DNA of 63,976 bases, filler included, from Vicugna vicugna (GCA_013265495.1; 80 parts of 75 records of this genome joined end to end with filler, not necessarily neighbours in it); one strand, 5' to 3'. Counted from the whole stretch's first letter, positions 48,528 to 61,418 are shown. Program-made: numbers and translations. Notes: a model not told the origin generated them from the letters alone.

Positions 48528-49451
48528 NNNNNNNNNNNNNNNNNNNNNNNNNNNNNNNNNNNNNNNNNNNNTTAATTAATTAANNNNNNNNNNNNNNNNN
48601 NNNNNNNNNNNNNNNNNNNNNNNNNNNTCTGGCTCTGCAATGATAGTGACCAGCAGCTGACCCAGCATGGAAATCTCAGAGTCCTTCCTGGCCAGGGACA
48701 CTCCTGATTCTGTAGACTCTACCCTCTGCTGCTAGATCAGACCGGAACCTTGTTCAGCTCAGACATCCGGGAGGGAAAATACATACCCAGAGAGCATGGG
48801 CTCCACCTCGGGCAGCAGGACCCTTCCCCGGCTCTCCACATCCCAGCCAGCCAGCTTTGTCCTGGGCTGTCTATGTGACCGGGACCCCCAGGCCTCTGTC
48901 CTGCTCTTTCTTGAGGCAGATACCCATCCCCAACATGACTGCTCCATCTCCACCAGCCAGGACAGGGCCGACACCTGGATGGGATCTGAGTGGTGCCCCA
49001 GCCTGGGGGAACTGCCCTGGGCCTCCCTGTGTTACCTTTGGGTCTCTCTGGCCAAAAGGCCAGTGGCGCCTTGGGCGAGACCTGACCCAGTGCCGGCAGC
49101 GTTGGTAGAGCCCCTCACTGCGGGCTTTCCGGGGCTGCGGCCTCGGGATATTGGGATGCAGCAGAACATGCCTCTGTCTCCAACCAGGTGAGCTGAGTAG
49201 GGACTTCTCTACAGAGTGGGTGCCTGGTGACTTCGGTTCCAAGTTCTGTTGGGCTCTATTGCCAGGGAAGTGAGGTCACTTCCTGGGGTCCACTTCTCCA
49301 AGCTTCCTCCTGACACAAAGGTCCTCAAGGGCCTTTCTGGGCTGCCAATCTCTCATTTCTCCATGCCATGTCCACACACAGTGACACCAACTCAGCGCCC
49401 CCCATAGCCCTGGGGAGGCCTGGATGCAACCAGTGCCGCAGCTCTGAAGAC

Positions 49452-49510
49452 ACAGCTGGGTTCAGACCTGGCTCCCCCTACTCAGCAGTGTTATCATCCT
49501 GGACAAGCCA
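49452..49510 (+). mobile_element. MIR 5' fragment
   Basis: CTGGGTTCAGACCTGGCTCCCCCTACTCAGCAGTGT...CCTGGACAAG. Confidence 0.55.
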
Positions 49511-49904
49511 NNNNNNNNNNNNNNNNNNNNNNNNNNNNNNNNNNNNNNNNNNNNTTAATTAATTAANNNNNNNNNNNNNNNNNNNNNNNNNNNNNNNNNN
49601 NNNNNNNNNNGTCACCCCCACGGGCTGGCATCAAAGGGAGATCGTGCACAGACTCAGCAAAGGAAGGACCCCACAGAGGGCTGGTGGAGTGCAAAGCACA
49701 CCCCACACAGGCCAGGGTCTACCCTGGGGTCTGGAGAAAGTCACTTTCCTTGCTGCTTCCTTCCCCGCTCCCAGTCATGAGACTGAAATTAAATACAACT
49801 CTGANNNNNNNNNNNNNNNNNNNNNNNNNNNNNNNNNNNNNNNNNNNNTTAATTAATTAANNNNNNNNNNNNNNNNNNNNNNNNNNNNNNNNNNNNNNNN
49901 NNNN

Positions 49905-50965
49905 CATCAACATGGCATTCCGGATTCCGTACTTCCTACATGCATGGTGGATTCGGGATACATGTGTTCCTGAGTTGTGAGCATGTGGATTACTGATCTT
50001 TCATCCACGAAACAAAGCATATATACACTTAGAAATATTTACACTGACTTCATAGTTTTTTTATATCACCAGGTTTTAAATCAGAGGTTTGGCACCAGAA
50101 TACACTCTTTGAGCGAATACTCACCAACACACATGTATTTACATTTTTTACATAACCATGTCTTTCCATATTCCGAACATGTTTCATGCATCATGGATTC
50201 CTCAAACATGCATTTCTGAGTTGTGAACATGTGCATGACTGATGTTTCAACCTCCAAACAAGTTTCCTATGCGCTTTGANNNNNNNNNNNNNNNNNNNNN
50301 NNNNNNNNNNNNNNNNNNNNNNNNNNNNNNNNNNNNNNNNNNNNNNNNNNNNNNNNNNNNNNNNNNNNNNNNNNNNNNNNNNNNNNNNNNNNNNNNNNNN
50401 NNNNNNNNNNNNNNNNNNNNNNNNNNNNNNNNNNNNNNNNNNNNNNNNNNNNNNNNNNNNNNNNNNNNNNNNNNNNNNNNNNNNNNNNNNNNNNNNNNNN
50501 NNNNNNNNNNNNNNNNNNNNNNNNNNNNNNNNNNNNNNNNNNNNNNNNNNATAGATTCCATCTACATGATATTCCGTGTTCATTACATGCTACATAAATG
50601 ACGGATTTGACAAACATGCATTCCTGAGTTGAGAGCATGTGGATTACTAGTCTTTAATCTTCTATAAAAGGAATATTATCATCTAGACTCGTGTACACAT
50701 TTTCACAAGCTTTCCCTAAAACCAGATACGGGTTCGTGCTTTTTTCACAGAAAAATAATTCTGGAGCGATTTCCACCTAACAGATTTGTAATTTACATGA
50801 ATTTCAACATCATGGAATTCCGGGTTCCGTGCATGCTACATATATGACGGAAATGGCAATCATGCATTTCTGACTTGTGAGCACGTGTATTACTGACCTT
50901 TCATCCTCCGAAAAAGGCGAATATATACTTCGAAATATTTATTCTGACTTCATAGGTTTTTCCTA
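49905..50965 (-). repeat. Satellite C
   Basis: Subunit spacings of 246 bp (49946-50192; 50600-50846). Confidence 0.94.
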
Positions 50966-51065
50966 NNNNNNNNNNNNNNNNNNNNNNNNNNNNNNNNNNN
51001 NNNNNNNNNTTAATTAATTAANNNNNNNNNNNNNNNNNNNNNNNNNNNNNNNNNNNNNNNNNNNN

Positions 51066-51533
51066 CGCAGTGACAATTGTTCCGGAATCCTGAACTTGTG
51101 GAGGTTCCACCAACGGTCAGTAGAGCGTGGGTTCAAACGGAATGCCTAAGATCGTCTCCCCTGAGTGTTTTCCTAATGTCTCTGTGCCAGGGAATGCTAG
51201 GGGTGATTGCAGGATATCACAGTGTCAGAGGCTGCCTCCCCAAGGTCAGGGAATGTAATTCTAGGACTTCCCCGAACAGGGAACACCTGTGACTGAAGAG
51301 AGCTGCGTGGAGTTGTCCCTCGAGCTCCCCCATGCACTGACAATGGTTCCGAAATCCTGAGCGTGGGGAGGTTCCACCAACGGTCGATTCTAACAGAATG
51401 TCTAAGCTCGTCTCCAATGAGGATTTTCCTAATGTCTCTGTGCCAGGGAATTCTAGGGGTGATTGCAGGTAATCCCAGTGTCTGAAGCTACCTATCCAAG
51501 GTCAGGGAAGGTATTTCTCGGACTTCCCCGAAC
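51066..51533 (-). repeat. Satellite A
   Basis: About two units; short deletion near 51386. Confidence 0.94.
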
Positions 51534-51633
51534 NNNNNNNNNNNNNNNNNNNNNNNNNNNNNNNNNNNNNNNNNNNNTTAATTAATTAANNNNNNNNNNN
51601 NNNNNNNNNNNNNNNNNNNNNNNNNNNNNNNNN

Positions 51634-52221
51634 ACTAGCTTTCCCTAACACCAGTTTCGAATTCGTGCTTTTTTCCCATAAAAATAGTTCTGGAGCGAAT
51701 TCACCTAACAGATACGTAATTTACATGAATTCCAACAACATGGCATTCCGGGTTCCGTACATGCTACATGCATGACGGACTCGGCAATCATGCGTTTCTG
51801 ACTTGTGAGCATGTGGATTACTGACCTTTCATCCACCAAACAAGGCATATATACACTAAGAATTATTTACTCTGACTTCATAGATTTNNNNNNNNNNNNN
51901 NNNNNNNNNNNNNNNNNNNNNNNNNNNNNNNNNNNNNNNNNNNNNNNNNNNNNNNNNNNNNNNNNNNNNNNNNNNNNNNNNNNNNNNNNNNNNNNNNNNN
52001 NNNNNNNNNNNNNNTTACGAACATATGCATCACGGATTCCCCAAACTTGAATTTCTGAGATGTGAACATACGTCTGACTGAAGTTTCAAACACCAAACAA
52101 GTTACAAATGCACTTTGATATATTCATTTTGACTTCATTGATTCTGCCCTTCACCAGTTTCAAGAATCACACTTGATCAAAAAAAAACCCTCTTGGAGCG
52201 AATTCTAACCTAGTGATGTGT
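51634..52221 (-). repeat. Satellite C
   Basis: Subunits in canonical order. Confidence 0.93.
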
Positions 52222-52321
52222 NNNNNNNNNNNNNNNNNNNNNNNNNNNNNNNNNNNNNNNNNNNNTTAATTAATTAANNNNNNNNNNNNNNNNNNNNNNN
52301 NNNNNNNNNNNNNNNNNNNNN

Positions 52322-53868
52322 AACACTCTTTGAGCGAATTCTAACAAATACACATGTAATTTACATAGTTTTCATAACCATGGCATTCCATATTACGAAC
52401 ATGTTTCATGCATCACGGATTCCTCAAACTTGAATTTCTGAGTTGTGAACATGCGCATGACTGATGTTTCAACCACCAAACACCTTACTTATGCAGTATG
52501 AAATATTTATTTTGACTTCGTAGCTTCTGCCTATCACCAGTCTCAAGAATCACACTTTGATCCCAGAAAAACCCTCTTGGGTCGAATTCTACCCTAGAGA
52601 TATGTAATTTNNNNNNNNNNNNNNNNTTCCATCTACATTCCGTATTCCGTACATGCTACATACATGACGGATTTGACAAACATGCATTACTGCGTTGAGA
52701 GCATGTGGATTACTAATCTTTCCCCTTCTATAAAAGTAATATTTTCTTCTAGGCACGTGTACACATTTTCATAAACTTTCCCTTAAACCTGGTTCGAATT
52801 CGTGCATTTTTCACAAAGAAATATTTCTGGAGCGATTTCCACCTAAAAGGTATGTAATTTACATGAATTCCATCAACATGGCATTCCGGGTTCCGTACAT
52901 GCTACATGNNNNNNNNNNNNNNNNNNNNNNNNNNNNNNNNNNNNNNNNNNNNNNNNNNNNNNNNNNNNNNNNNNNNNNNNNNNNNNNNNNNNNNNNNNNN
53001 NNNNNNNNNNNNNNNNNNNNNNNNNNNNNNNNNNNNNNNNNNNNNNNNNNNNNNNNNNNNNNNNNNNNNNNNNNNNNNNNNNNNNNNNNNNNNNNNNNNN
53101 NNNNNNNNNNNNNNNNNNNNNNNNNNNNNNNNNNNNNNNNNNNNNNNNNNNNNNNNNNNNNNNNNNNNNNNNNNNNNNNNNNNNNNNNNNNNNNNNNNNN
53201 NNNNNNNNNNNNNNNNNNNNNNNNNNNNNNNNNNNNNNNNNNNNNNNNNNNNNNNNNNNNNNNNNNNNNNNNNNNNNNNNNNNNNNNNNNNNNNNNNNNN
53301 NNNNNNNNNNNNNNNNNNNNNNNNNNNNNNNNNNNNNNNNNNNNNNNNNNNNNNNNNNNNNNNNNNNNNNNNNNATCTACATGACGTGTTCCGTACATGC
53401 TACATATATGACGGATTTGACAAACATGCACTCCTGAGTTGAGAGCATGTGGATTACTAATCTTTCCTCTTCTATGAAAGGAATATTTTCTTCTAGACTC
53501 GTGTACACATTTTCATAAGCTTTGCCTAAAACCAGGTTCGAATTCGTGCATTTTTCACAAAAAAATTTTTCTGGAGTGATTTCCACCTAATAGGTATATA
53601 ATTAACAGAAATTCATCCAACATGGCATTCCGGGTTCCNNNNNNNNNNNNNNNNNNNNNNNNNNNNNNNNNNNNNNNNNNNNNNNNNNNNNNNNNNNNNN
53701 NNNNNNNNNNNNNNNNNNNNNNNNNNNNNNNNNNNNNNNNNNTTTGAGCGAAACAAAAACACATGTAATTTACATTGTTTACATAACCATGGCATTCCGT
53801 ATTACGAACATGTTTCATGCATCACGGATTCCACAAACTTGAATTTCTGAGTTGTGAACTTGACTTGC
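52322..53868 (-). repeat. Satellite C (about two higher-order units)
   Basis: GACGGATTTGACAAAC at 52666 and 53410 (744 bp apart across a sized gap). Confidence 0.95.
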
Positions 53869-53968
53869 NNNNNNNNNNNNNNNNNNNNNNNNNNNNNNNN
53901 NNNNNNNNNNNNTTAATTAATTAANNNNNNNNNNNNNNNNNNNNNNNNNNNNNNNNNNNNNNNNNNNN

Positions 53969-54133
53969 CGATCACGAGGTTCTAAAATCGGACATATGGC
54001 ACCAAAAAACAATCTTTGAGCGAATTCTCACCAATACACATGTAATTTACATTGTTTACAGAACCATGGCATTCCGTATTACGAACTAGTTTCATGCATC
54101 ACGGATTCAACAAACATGCATTTCTGAGTTGTG
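53969..54133 (-). repeat. Satellite C fragment
   Basis: GTTCTAAAATCGGACA...CATGCATCACGGATTC. Confidence 0.9.
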
Positions 54134-54233
54134 NNNNNNNNNNNNNNNNNNNNNNNNNNNNNNNNNNNNNNNNNNNNTTAATTAATTAANNNNNNNNNNN
54201 NNNNNNNNNNNNNNNNNNNNNNNNNNNNNNNNN

Positions 54234-55574
54234 CCTGACCTTGGGGAGGCAGCCTCTGTCACTGGGATACCCGGCAAATCCCCCCAGCTTTCCCTGGCAC
54301 AGAGACATTAGGAAAACACTCAAGGAAGACGAGCTTAGGCATTCCGTTAGAACACAAACGCTGCCGAACTTTGGTGGAACCTCCCCACGCTCAGGATTCC
54401 GGAAATATTGTCAGTGCGTGGGGGACCTCGCGAGAAAACTCCACGCAGCTCTCTTCATTCATAGGTGTTCCCTGATCGGGGAATTCCAAGAAATAACTTT
54501 CCTGAACTTGGCGAGGCAGGCACTGTCACTGGGATATCCTGCAAACCCCCCTAGCATTCCCTGGCACAGAGACATTAGGAAAACACTCAAGGAAGACGAG
54601 CTTAGGCATTCCGTTAGAACACAAACGCTGCCGAACTTTGGTGGAACCTCCCCACGCTCAGGATTCCGGAAATATTGTCAGTGCGTGGGGGACCTCGCGA
54701 GAAAACTCCACGCAGCTCTCTTCATTCATAGGTGTTCCCTGATCGGGGAATTCCAAGAAATAACTTTCCTGAACTTGGCGAGGCAGGCACTGTCACTGGG
54801 ATATCCTGCAAACCCCCCTAGCATTCCCTGGCACAGAGACATTAAGAAAACCCTCAGGGGAGGCGAGCTTAGGCTTTCCGTTAGAACCCACGCGCGGCCG
54901 ACCGTTGGTGGAACCTCCCCACGCTCAGGATTCCGGAACCATTGTCAGTGCGTGGGGGAGNNNNNNNNNNNNNNNNNNNNNNNNNNNNNNNNNNNNNNNN
55001 NNNNNNNNNNNNNNNNNNNNNNNNNNNNNNNNNNNNNNNNNNNNNNNNNNNNNNNNNNNNNNNNNNNNNNNNNNNNNNNNNNNNNNNNNNNNNNNNNNNN
55101 NNNNNNNNNNNNNNNNNNNNNNNNNNNNNNNNNNNNNNNNNNNNNNNNNNNNNNNNNNNNNNNNNNNNNNNNNNNNNNNNNNNNNNNNNNNNNNNNNNNN
55201 NNNNNNNNNNNNNNNNNNNNNNNNNNNNNNNNNNNNNNNNNNNNNNNNNNNNNNNNNNNNNNNNNNNNNNNNNNNNNNNNNNNNNNNNNNNNNNNNNNNN
55301 NNNNNNNNNNNNNNNNNNNNNNNNNNNNNNNNNNNNNNNNNNNNNNNNNNNNNNNNNNNNNNNNNNNNNNNNNNNNNNNNNNNNNNNNNNNNNNNNNNNN
55401 NNNNNNNNCCGTTTGAACCCACGCGCTGCCGACCGTTGGTGGAACCTCCCCACGCTCAGGATTCCGGAACCATTGTCAGTGCGTGGAGGAGCTCGATAGA
55501 AAATTCCACGAGGCTCTCTTAAGTCACACGTGTTCCCTGTTCTGGGAAGTCCGAGAAATACATTCCCTGACCTT
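54234..55574 (+). repeat. Satellite A (reference array, 267-bp period)
   Basis: TTGG(G/C)GAGGCAG at 54241, 54508 and 54775. Confidence 0.97.
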
Positions 55575-55674
55575 NNNNNNNNNNNNNNNNNNNNNNNNNN
55601 NNNNNNNNNNNNNNNNNNTTAATTAATTAANNNNNNNNNNNNNNNNNNNNNNNNNNNNNNNNNNNNNNNNNNNN

Positions 55675-56123
55675 TTCCCTTTCTGCTGGATGAAAGAACG
55701 TCTCTCCACATGCTCAGTTACGAGAGATATGTGTGTGTTAAAACCGTCCTTCACCTAGCTTGAAGGGAACACAAGGTTTCTTGTCAGTTACAAACTCCTC
55801 TCCATTCGTATGTATGGGGAAGAACAAGCTCCAACCCGGTTTTACAGTGAAAACGGCACGCAATTCAAACCGGCACTAGGGAACAGACTGAAAAACCAGA
55901 GTAAGTGTTCCTCCTTCAACCCGTTCCCTTTGTGCTTTATGAACGAACGTCTCTCCACTTGCTCAGCTCTGAAAGTTTAGTGTGTGTGAAAGCCATCCTT
56001 CACCTAGCTTGAAGGGAACACAAGGTTTCTTGTCAGTTACAAACTCCTCTCCATTCGTATGTATGGGGAAGAACAAGCTCCAACCCGGTATTACAGTGAA
56101 AACGGCAGGCACTTCAAACCGGC
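55675..56123 (+). repeat. Satellite B
   Basis: GAAGGGAACAC at 55762 and 56011 (249 bp apart). Confidence 0.95.
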
Positions 56124-56524
56124 NNNNNNNNNNNNNNNNNNNNNNNNNNNNNNNNNNNNNNNNNNNNNNNNNNNNNNNNNNNNNNNNNNNNNNNNNNNNN
56201 NNNNNNNNNNNNNNNNNNNNNNNNNNNNNNNNNNNNNNNNNNNNNNNNNNNNNNNNNNNNNNNNNNNNNNNNNNNNNNNNNNNNNNNNNNNNNNNNNNNN
56301 NNNNNNNNNNNNNNNNNNNNNNNNNNNNNNNNNNNNNNNNNNNNNNNNNNNNNNNNNNNNNNNNNNNNNNNNNNNNNNNNNNNNNNNNNNNNNNNNNNNN
56401 NNNNNNNNNNNNNNNNNNNNNNNNNNNNNNNNNNNNNNNNNNNNNNNNNNNNNNNNNNNNNNNNNNNNNNNNNNNNNNNNNNNNNNNNNNNNNNNNNNNN
56501 NNNNNNNNNNNNNNNNNNNNNNNN

Positions 56525-56882
56525 TTTTTTTTCACACACACTTCTCTGTAATAATTTAGCATGTTTATTTTCATTCGTCTATCTAGCATTAAGTGAATTT
56601 TTGTCAATTTTTACACTTTCTCTTGTTCTGATTATGTTTCCAAAACTGCTTAGACGTTCATGCAGTTTTCACTGTTAAATCGATTTCGAGTTATTACCTC
56701 CCAATACATATCTATATAGTTTTTTTCCAGTAGAAAAAACTATGTGTTCACAACATGCTTTGTGATTCACCGATTTCACACAAACTTTATTCTCAGAGTT
56801 CAGCATTTGAGCAGACGTCCTTTCATCCATCCTAAAATGACTGGGTTGCAGTTGATTCACTTACTCTGGTTTCTCAGTATGT
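56525..56882 (-). repeat. Highly degenerate satellite B, inverted relative to 55675-56123
   Basis: TTTCACACA at about 56530 and 56774; GTTTTCACTGT, TACCTCCCAATA and CACTTACTCTGGTTTCTCAGT occur in B order. Confidence 0.8.
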
Positions 56883-56982
56883 NNNNNNNNNNNNNNNNNN
56901 NNNNNNNNNNNNNNNNNNNNNNNNNNTTAATTAATTAANNNNNNNNNNNNNNNNNNNNNNNNNNNNNNNNNNNNNNNNNNNN

Positions 56983-57625
56983 GAGAGACAACTCCACGTA
57001 ACTCTCTTCAGTCACAGGTGTTCCCTGAACGGGGTAGGCCGGGAAATATCTTCCCTGAACTTGGGAAGGCAGCCTCTGTCACTGGGAAGTCCTGCAAACC
57101 CCCCTAGCATTCCCTGGCACACAGACATTAGGAAAAACCCCAGGGGAGACGAGCTTAAGCATTCCGTTAGAACCCACGCGTTGCTGACTGTTGGTGGAAC
57201 CTCCCCAAGCTCAGGATCTCGGAACCATTATCAGTGCGTGGGGGATCTCGAGAGACAAATCCACGCAACTCTCTTCAGTCTCAGGTGTTCCCTGTTTTGT
57301 GGAATTCTGAGAAATTCCTTCCCTGAACTTGGGGAGGCAGCCTCTAACACTGGGATTTCCTGCAAACACCCCTAGCATTCCCTGGCACAGAGACATTACG
57401 AAAAATCCCAGGGGAGTCGAGCTTAAGCATTCCGTTAGAACCCAAGTGCTGCCGGCCGTTGGTGGAACCTCCCCACGCTCAGGATTCCGGAAACATTTTC
57501 AGTGTTCGGGGTATCTCGAGAGACAACTCCACGCAGCTCTCTTCATTCACAGGTGTTCCCTGTTCGGGGGAATTCTTATTAGAAATAACTTCCCTGACTT
57601 TGGGGAGGCAGCCTCTGTCAGTGGG
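56983..57625 (+). repeat. Satellite A
   Basis: About 2.4 tandem units. Confidence 0.95.
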
Positions 57626-58632
57626 NNNNNNNNNNNNNNNNNNNNNNNNNNNNNNNNNNNNNNNNNNNNTTAATTAATTAANNNNNNNNNNNNNNNNNNN
57701 NNNNNNNNNNNNNNNNNNNNNNNNNTGCTTCACTTATCCATACAAATCCAAGGTAGATTAGAAAGATTTTGGTTGTTGAGCGAGAATATTGATTTGGGGA
57801 TTTTGCACTAGCAACCTGCAAGGACATGTTCTAATGATTCTGTCTTCTTACAACAACAAGCAGATTTAAGTAGTATTTGTGGAATGTCTTCAGAGTAAAA
57901 GGGACTGTACTTTTACAGACTTTATGTTTTATAACATGAACAACCCGGACAGGGTCACAAATGGAACTGCTTCACAAGTGACAGAAGACAGGTGAGAGGC
58001 ATATAGCAACAGGTCACAAAGAAGGTAAGATTAAAGTTGTTTCTCCAACCCCCGAAAAATTTCCTCCAAGAACTGAAAACTCTGAATTTTGAAAGTAAAA
58101 TACTATCATATAAAGAAATAAAATAAATAATCCTCTTCATCAGGGTGTTAAGATCTGACTGCAGAGTTTTTAGCAGGCCATACTGAATCCTAGCACAGAA
58201 AAATCTGATGGACTAGTGGTGAGTAAGTTCCAGGAAAACGGCAGCAATTCCTCCACTTGTAAGAGGACACACACTCACTTATTGAAGGTGATTGTAAACC
58301 ACATGCTGAAGAAATTCAGAAGATTCAGGCACCGTTTCTAGATGGTGATGACACGGAAGGACGGCTTGGATGCATGCTTCTAACTGAGTCACCGGCATTC
58401 TTACACTGCAGGGGAGAGGCCCTCAGAGCAGAGATTTTCCTGTCATGCCTCCCAGGCCATGCCTCAGGGACTCAGTGTCCTGTATCTGTCCGGCCCCAGG
58501 CAAGGACCCGCAGCGTGGCCCACCCAAGCAGGNNNNNNNNNNNNNNNNNNNNNNNNNNNNNNNNNNNNNNNNNNNNTTAATTAATTAANNNNNNNNNNNN
58601 NNNNNNNNNNNNNNNNNNNNNNNNNNNNNNNN

Positions 58633-59552
58633 ATACTGAATATCGAATTTAGAATATAGAATGAAGTACACAGAACTGAGAATATAGATTATAGAATACA
58701 GAATATAGAAATTAGAATATAGAATGTAGAACACAGAATATAGAATATAGAATACAGTATATAGAACACAAAATTTGGAATACGGAATGCAGAACACAGA
58801 ATTTAGAATATAGAATACCGAATACTGAATATAGAATATGAATATACAATGTAGAACACAGAATTTAGAATTTAGAATAAAATATAGAATTTAGAATATA
58901 GAATGTAGAACACAGAATATAGAATATAGAAGACGGAATGCACAATATTGAATATAGAATAATGAGCACAAAATATAGAATATAGAATATAGAACCCAGA
59001 ATTTAGAACATGGAATGTAGAACACAGAATTTAGAATATAGAATACCGAATACTGTATATAGAATATGAATATACAATGTAGAACACAGAATTTAGAATT
59101 TAGAATACAGAACACTGAATATAGAATTAAGAATGTACAATGTAGAACACACAATATAGAATATACAATACGGAATGCAGAATATAGAATACAGAATATA
59201 GAATGTAGAACACAGAATATAGAATATGGAAAACAGAATACAAAATCCAGAATTGAGAACATGGAATGCAGAATACAGAATTTAGAATATAGAAAACAGA
59301 ATACTAAATATAAAATTTCGAATATAGAATGTAGATGACAGAAATTAGAATATAGAATAAAGAATACTGAACATAGAATTTAGAATATAGAATGTAGAAC
59401 ACAGAATTTAGAATATAGAATAGAGAATATAGAGCCAGAATAGAAAACAGAATTTGGAATATAGAATACAAAATACTTAATATAAAATTACCAATATAGA
59501 ACGTTGTACACAGAGTATAGAATATAGAATACGGAATACTGAATAAAGAATT
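58633..59552 (+). repeat. Satellite E
   Basis: (AGAATAT)n; internal repeat TACCGAATACTG at 58816 and 59044. Confidence 0.96.
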
Positions 59553-59652
59553 NNNNNNNNNNNNNNNNNNNNNNNNNNNNNNNNNNNNNNNNNNNNTTAA
59601 TTAATTAANNNNNNNNNNNNNNNNNNNNNNNNNNNNNNNNNNNNNNNNNNNN

Positions 59653-59894
59653 AAGTTAACAAATAAGGAGAAAACTTTTACATTAAAAAATAAAAAATAT
59701 CTATGAAGGAAATTAAAATTGATCCAAAGAAATGAAAAGATATCTTATGTTAATGATGTGAAACAATGTGGTTGAAACAACCATACTACACAAAGCAATC
59801 TACATTTCGTGTGATTCATGTCAAAACACCCATGAGATTTTCCATTTAATAGAACAGATAATTTCAAAATTTATATGTATTCACAAAGACCATG
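59653..59894 (+). mobile_element. L1 ORF2 fragment
   Basis: GAAGGAAATTAAAATTGATCCAAAGAAATGAAAAGATATC...CCATACTACACAAAGCAATCTACA...AAAATTTATATG. Confidence 0.85.
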
Positions 59895-59994
59895 NNNNNN
59901 NNNNNNNNNNNNNNNNNNNNNNNNNNNNNNNNNNNNNNTTAATTAATTAANNNNNNNNNNNNNNNNNNNNNNNNNNNNNNNNNNNNNNNNNNNN

Positions 59995-60772
59995 GAATGG
60001 CTTTCACACACACGTAACTCTCAGAACTGAGCAAGTGGATAGACGTTCGTTCATTCAGCACAAACGGAACGGGTTGCAGGAGAACCTCTTACTCTGGTTT
60101 CTCAGTCTGTTTCCTAGTGCCGGTTTGAAGTGCCTGCCGTTTTCACTGTAAAACCGAGTTGGGGCTTGTACCTCCCTATATATATGTATGGAGTGGAGTT
60201 TGCAACNNNNNNNNNNNNNNNNNNNNNNNNNNNNNNNNNNNNNNNNNNNNNNNNNNNNNNNNNNNNNNNNNNNNNNNNNNNNNNNNNNNNNNNNNNNNNN
60301 NNNNNNNNNNNNNNNNNNNNNNNNNNNNNNNNNNNNNNNNNNNNNNNNNNNNNNNNNNNNNNNNNNNNNNNNNNNNNNNNNNNNNNNNNNNNNNNNNNNN
60401 NNNNNNNNNNNNNNNNNNNNNNNNNNNNNNNNNNNNNNNNNNNNNNNNNNNNNNNNNNNNNNNNNNNNNNNNNNNNNNNNNNNNNNNNNNNNNNNNNNNN
60501 NNNNNNNNNNNNNNNNNNNNNNNNNNNNNNNNNNNNNNNNNNNNNNNNNNNNNNNNNNNNNNNNNNNNNNNNNNNNNNNNNNNNNNNNNNNNNNNNNNNN
60601 NNNNNNNNNNNNNNNNNNNNNNNNNNNNNNNNNNNNNNNNNNNNNNNNNNNNNNNNNNNNNNNNNNNNNNNNNNNNNNNNNNNNNNNNNNNNNNNNNNNN
60701 NNNNNNNNNNNNNNNNNNNNATAGGTGAAGACGGCTTTCACACACACTTATCTCTCAGATCTGAGCATGTGG
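59995..60772 (-). repeat. Satellite B
   Basis: Near-consensus B on both sides of the gap. Confidence 0.94.
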
Positions 60773-60872
60773 NNNNNNNNNNNNNNNNNNNNNNNNNNNN
60801 NNNNNNNNNNNNNNNNTTAATTAATTAANNNNNNNNNNNNNNNNNNNNNNNNNNNNNNNNNNNNNNNNNNNN

Positions 60873-61418
60873 ACACCTGTGACTGAAGTGAGCTGCGTGA
60901 AGTTGTCTCTCGAGCTCTTTCACGCACTGACAATAGTTCAGGAATTCTGAGGGTGGGGAGGTTCCACCAAAGGTTGGTAGCGCGTGGGTTCTAACGGAAT
61001 CCCTAATCTCGTCTCCCCTGAGGGTTTTCCTAAATTCTCTGTGCTAGGGAATGCTAGGGGTGATTGCAGGTTATCCCAGTGACCGAGGCTGCTCCCCAAG
61101 GTCAGTGAAGGTATTTCTCGGACTTCCCCGAACAGGGAACACCTGTGAGTGAAGATAGCTGCGTGGAGTTGCCTCTCGAGCTCCCCCACGCACTGACAAT
61201 ATTTACGGAATCCTGAGGGTGGGGAGGTTCCACCAACGGTCGGCAGCGCGTGGGTTCTAACGGAATGCCGAAGCTCGCCTCCCCTGAGGGTTTTCTTAAT
61301 GNNNNNNNNNNNNNNNNNAGGATATCCCCCGAGGCTGCAACACCAAGGTCAGGGAAGGTATTTCTCCGACTTCCCCGAATAGAGAAAACCTGTGACTGAA
61401 GAGAGCTGCGTGGAGTTG
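60873..61418 (-). repeat. Satellite A
   Basis: About two units. Confidence 0.94.

Noticed and set aside
49027..49108. Myb-like peptide FGSLWPKGQWRLGRDLTQCRQRW
   Set aside because: It lacks the first helix and the hydrophobic IA..L core, and is followed immediately by a stop.
54241..55416. 391-aa ORF with 89-aa repeats, and similar peptides from other A pieces
   Set aside because: 267 bp equals 89 codons, so one stop-free frame reads through the satellite. Copies differ by many amino-acid changes and frameshifting indels (266-bp variant; 27848), and the rest of the ORF is N.
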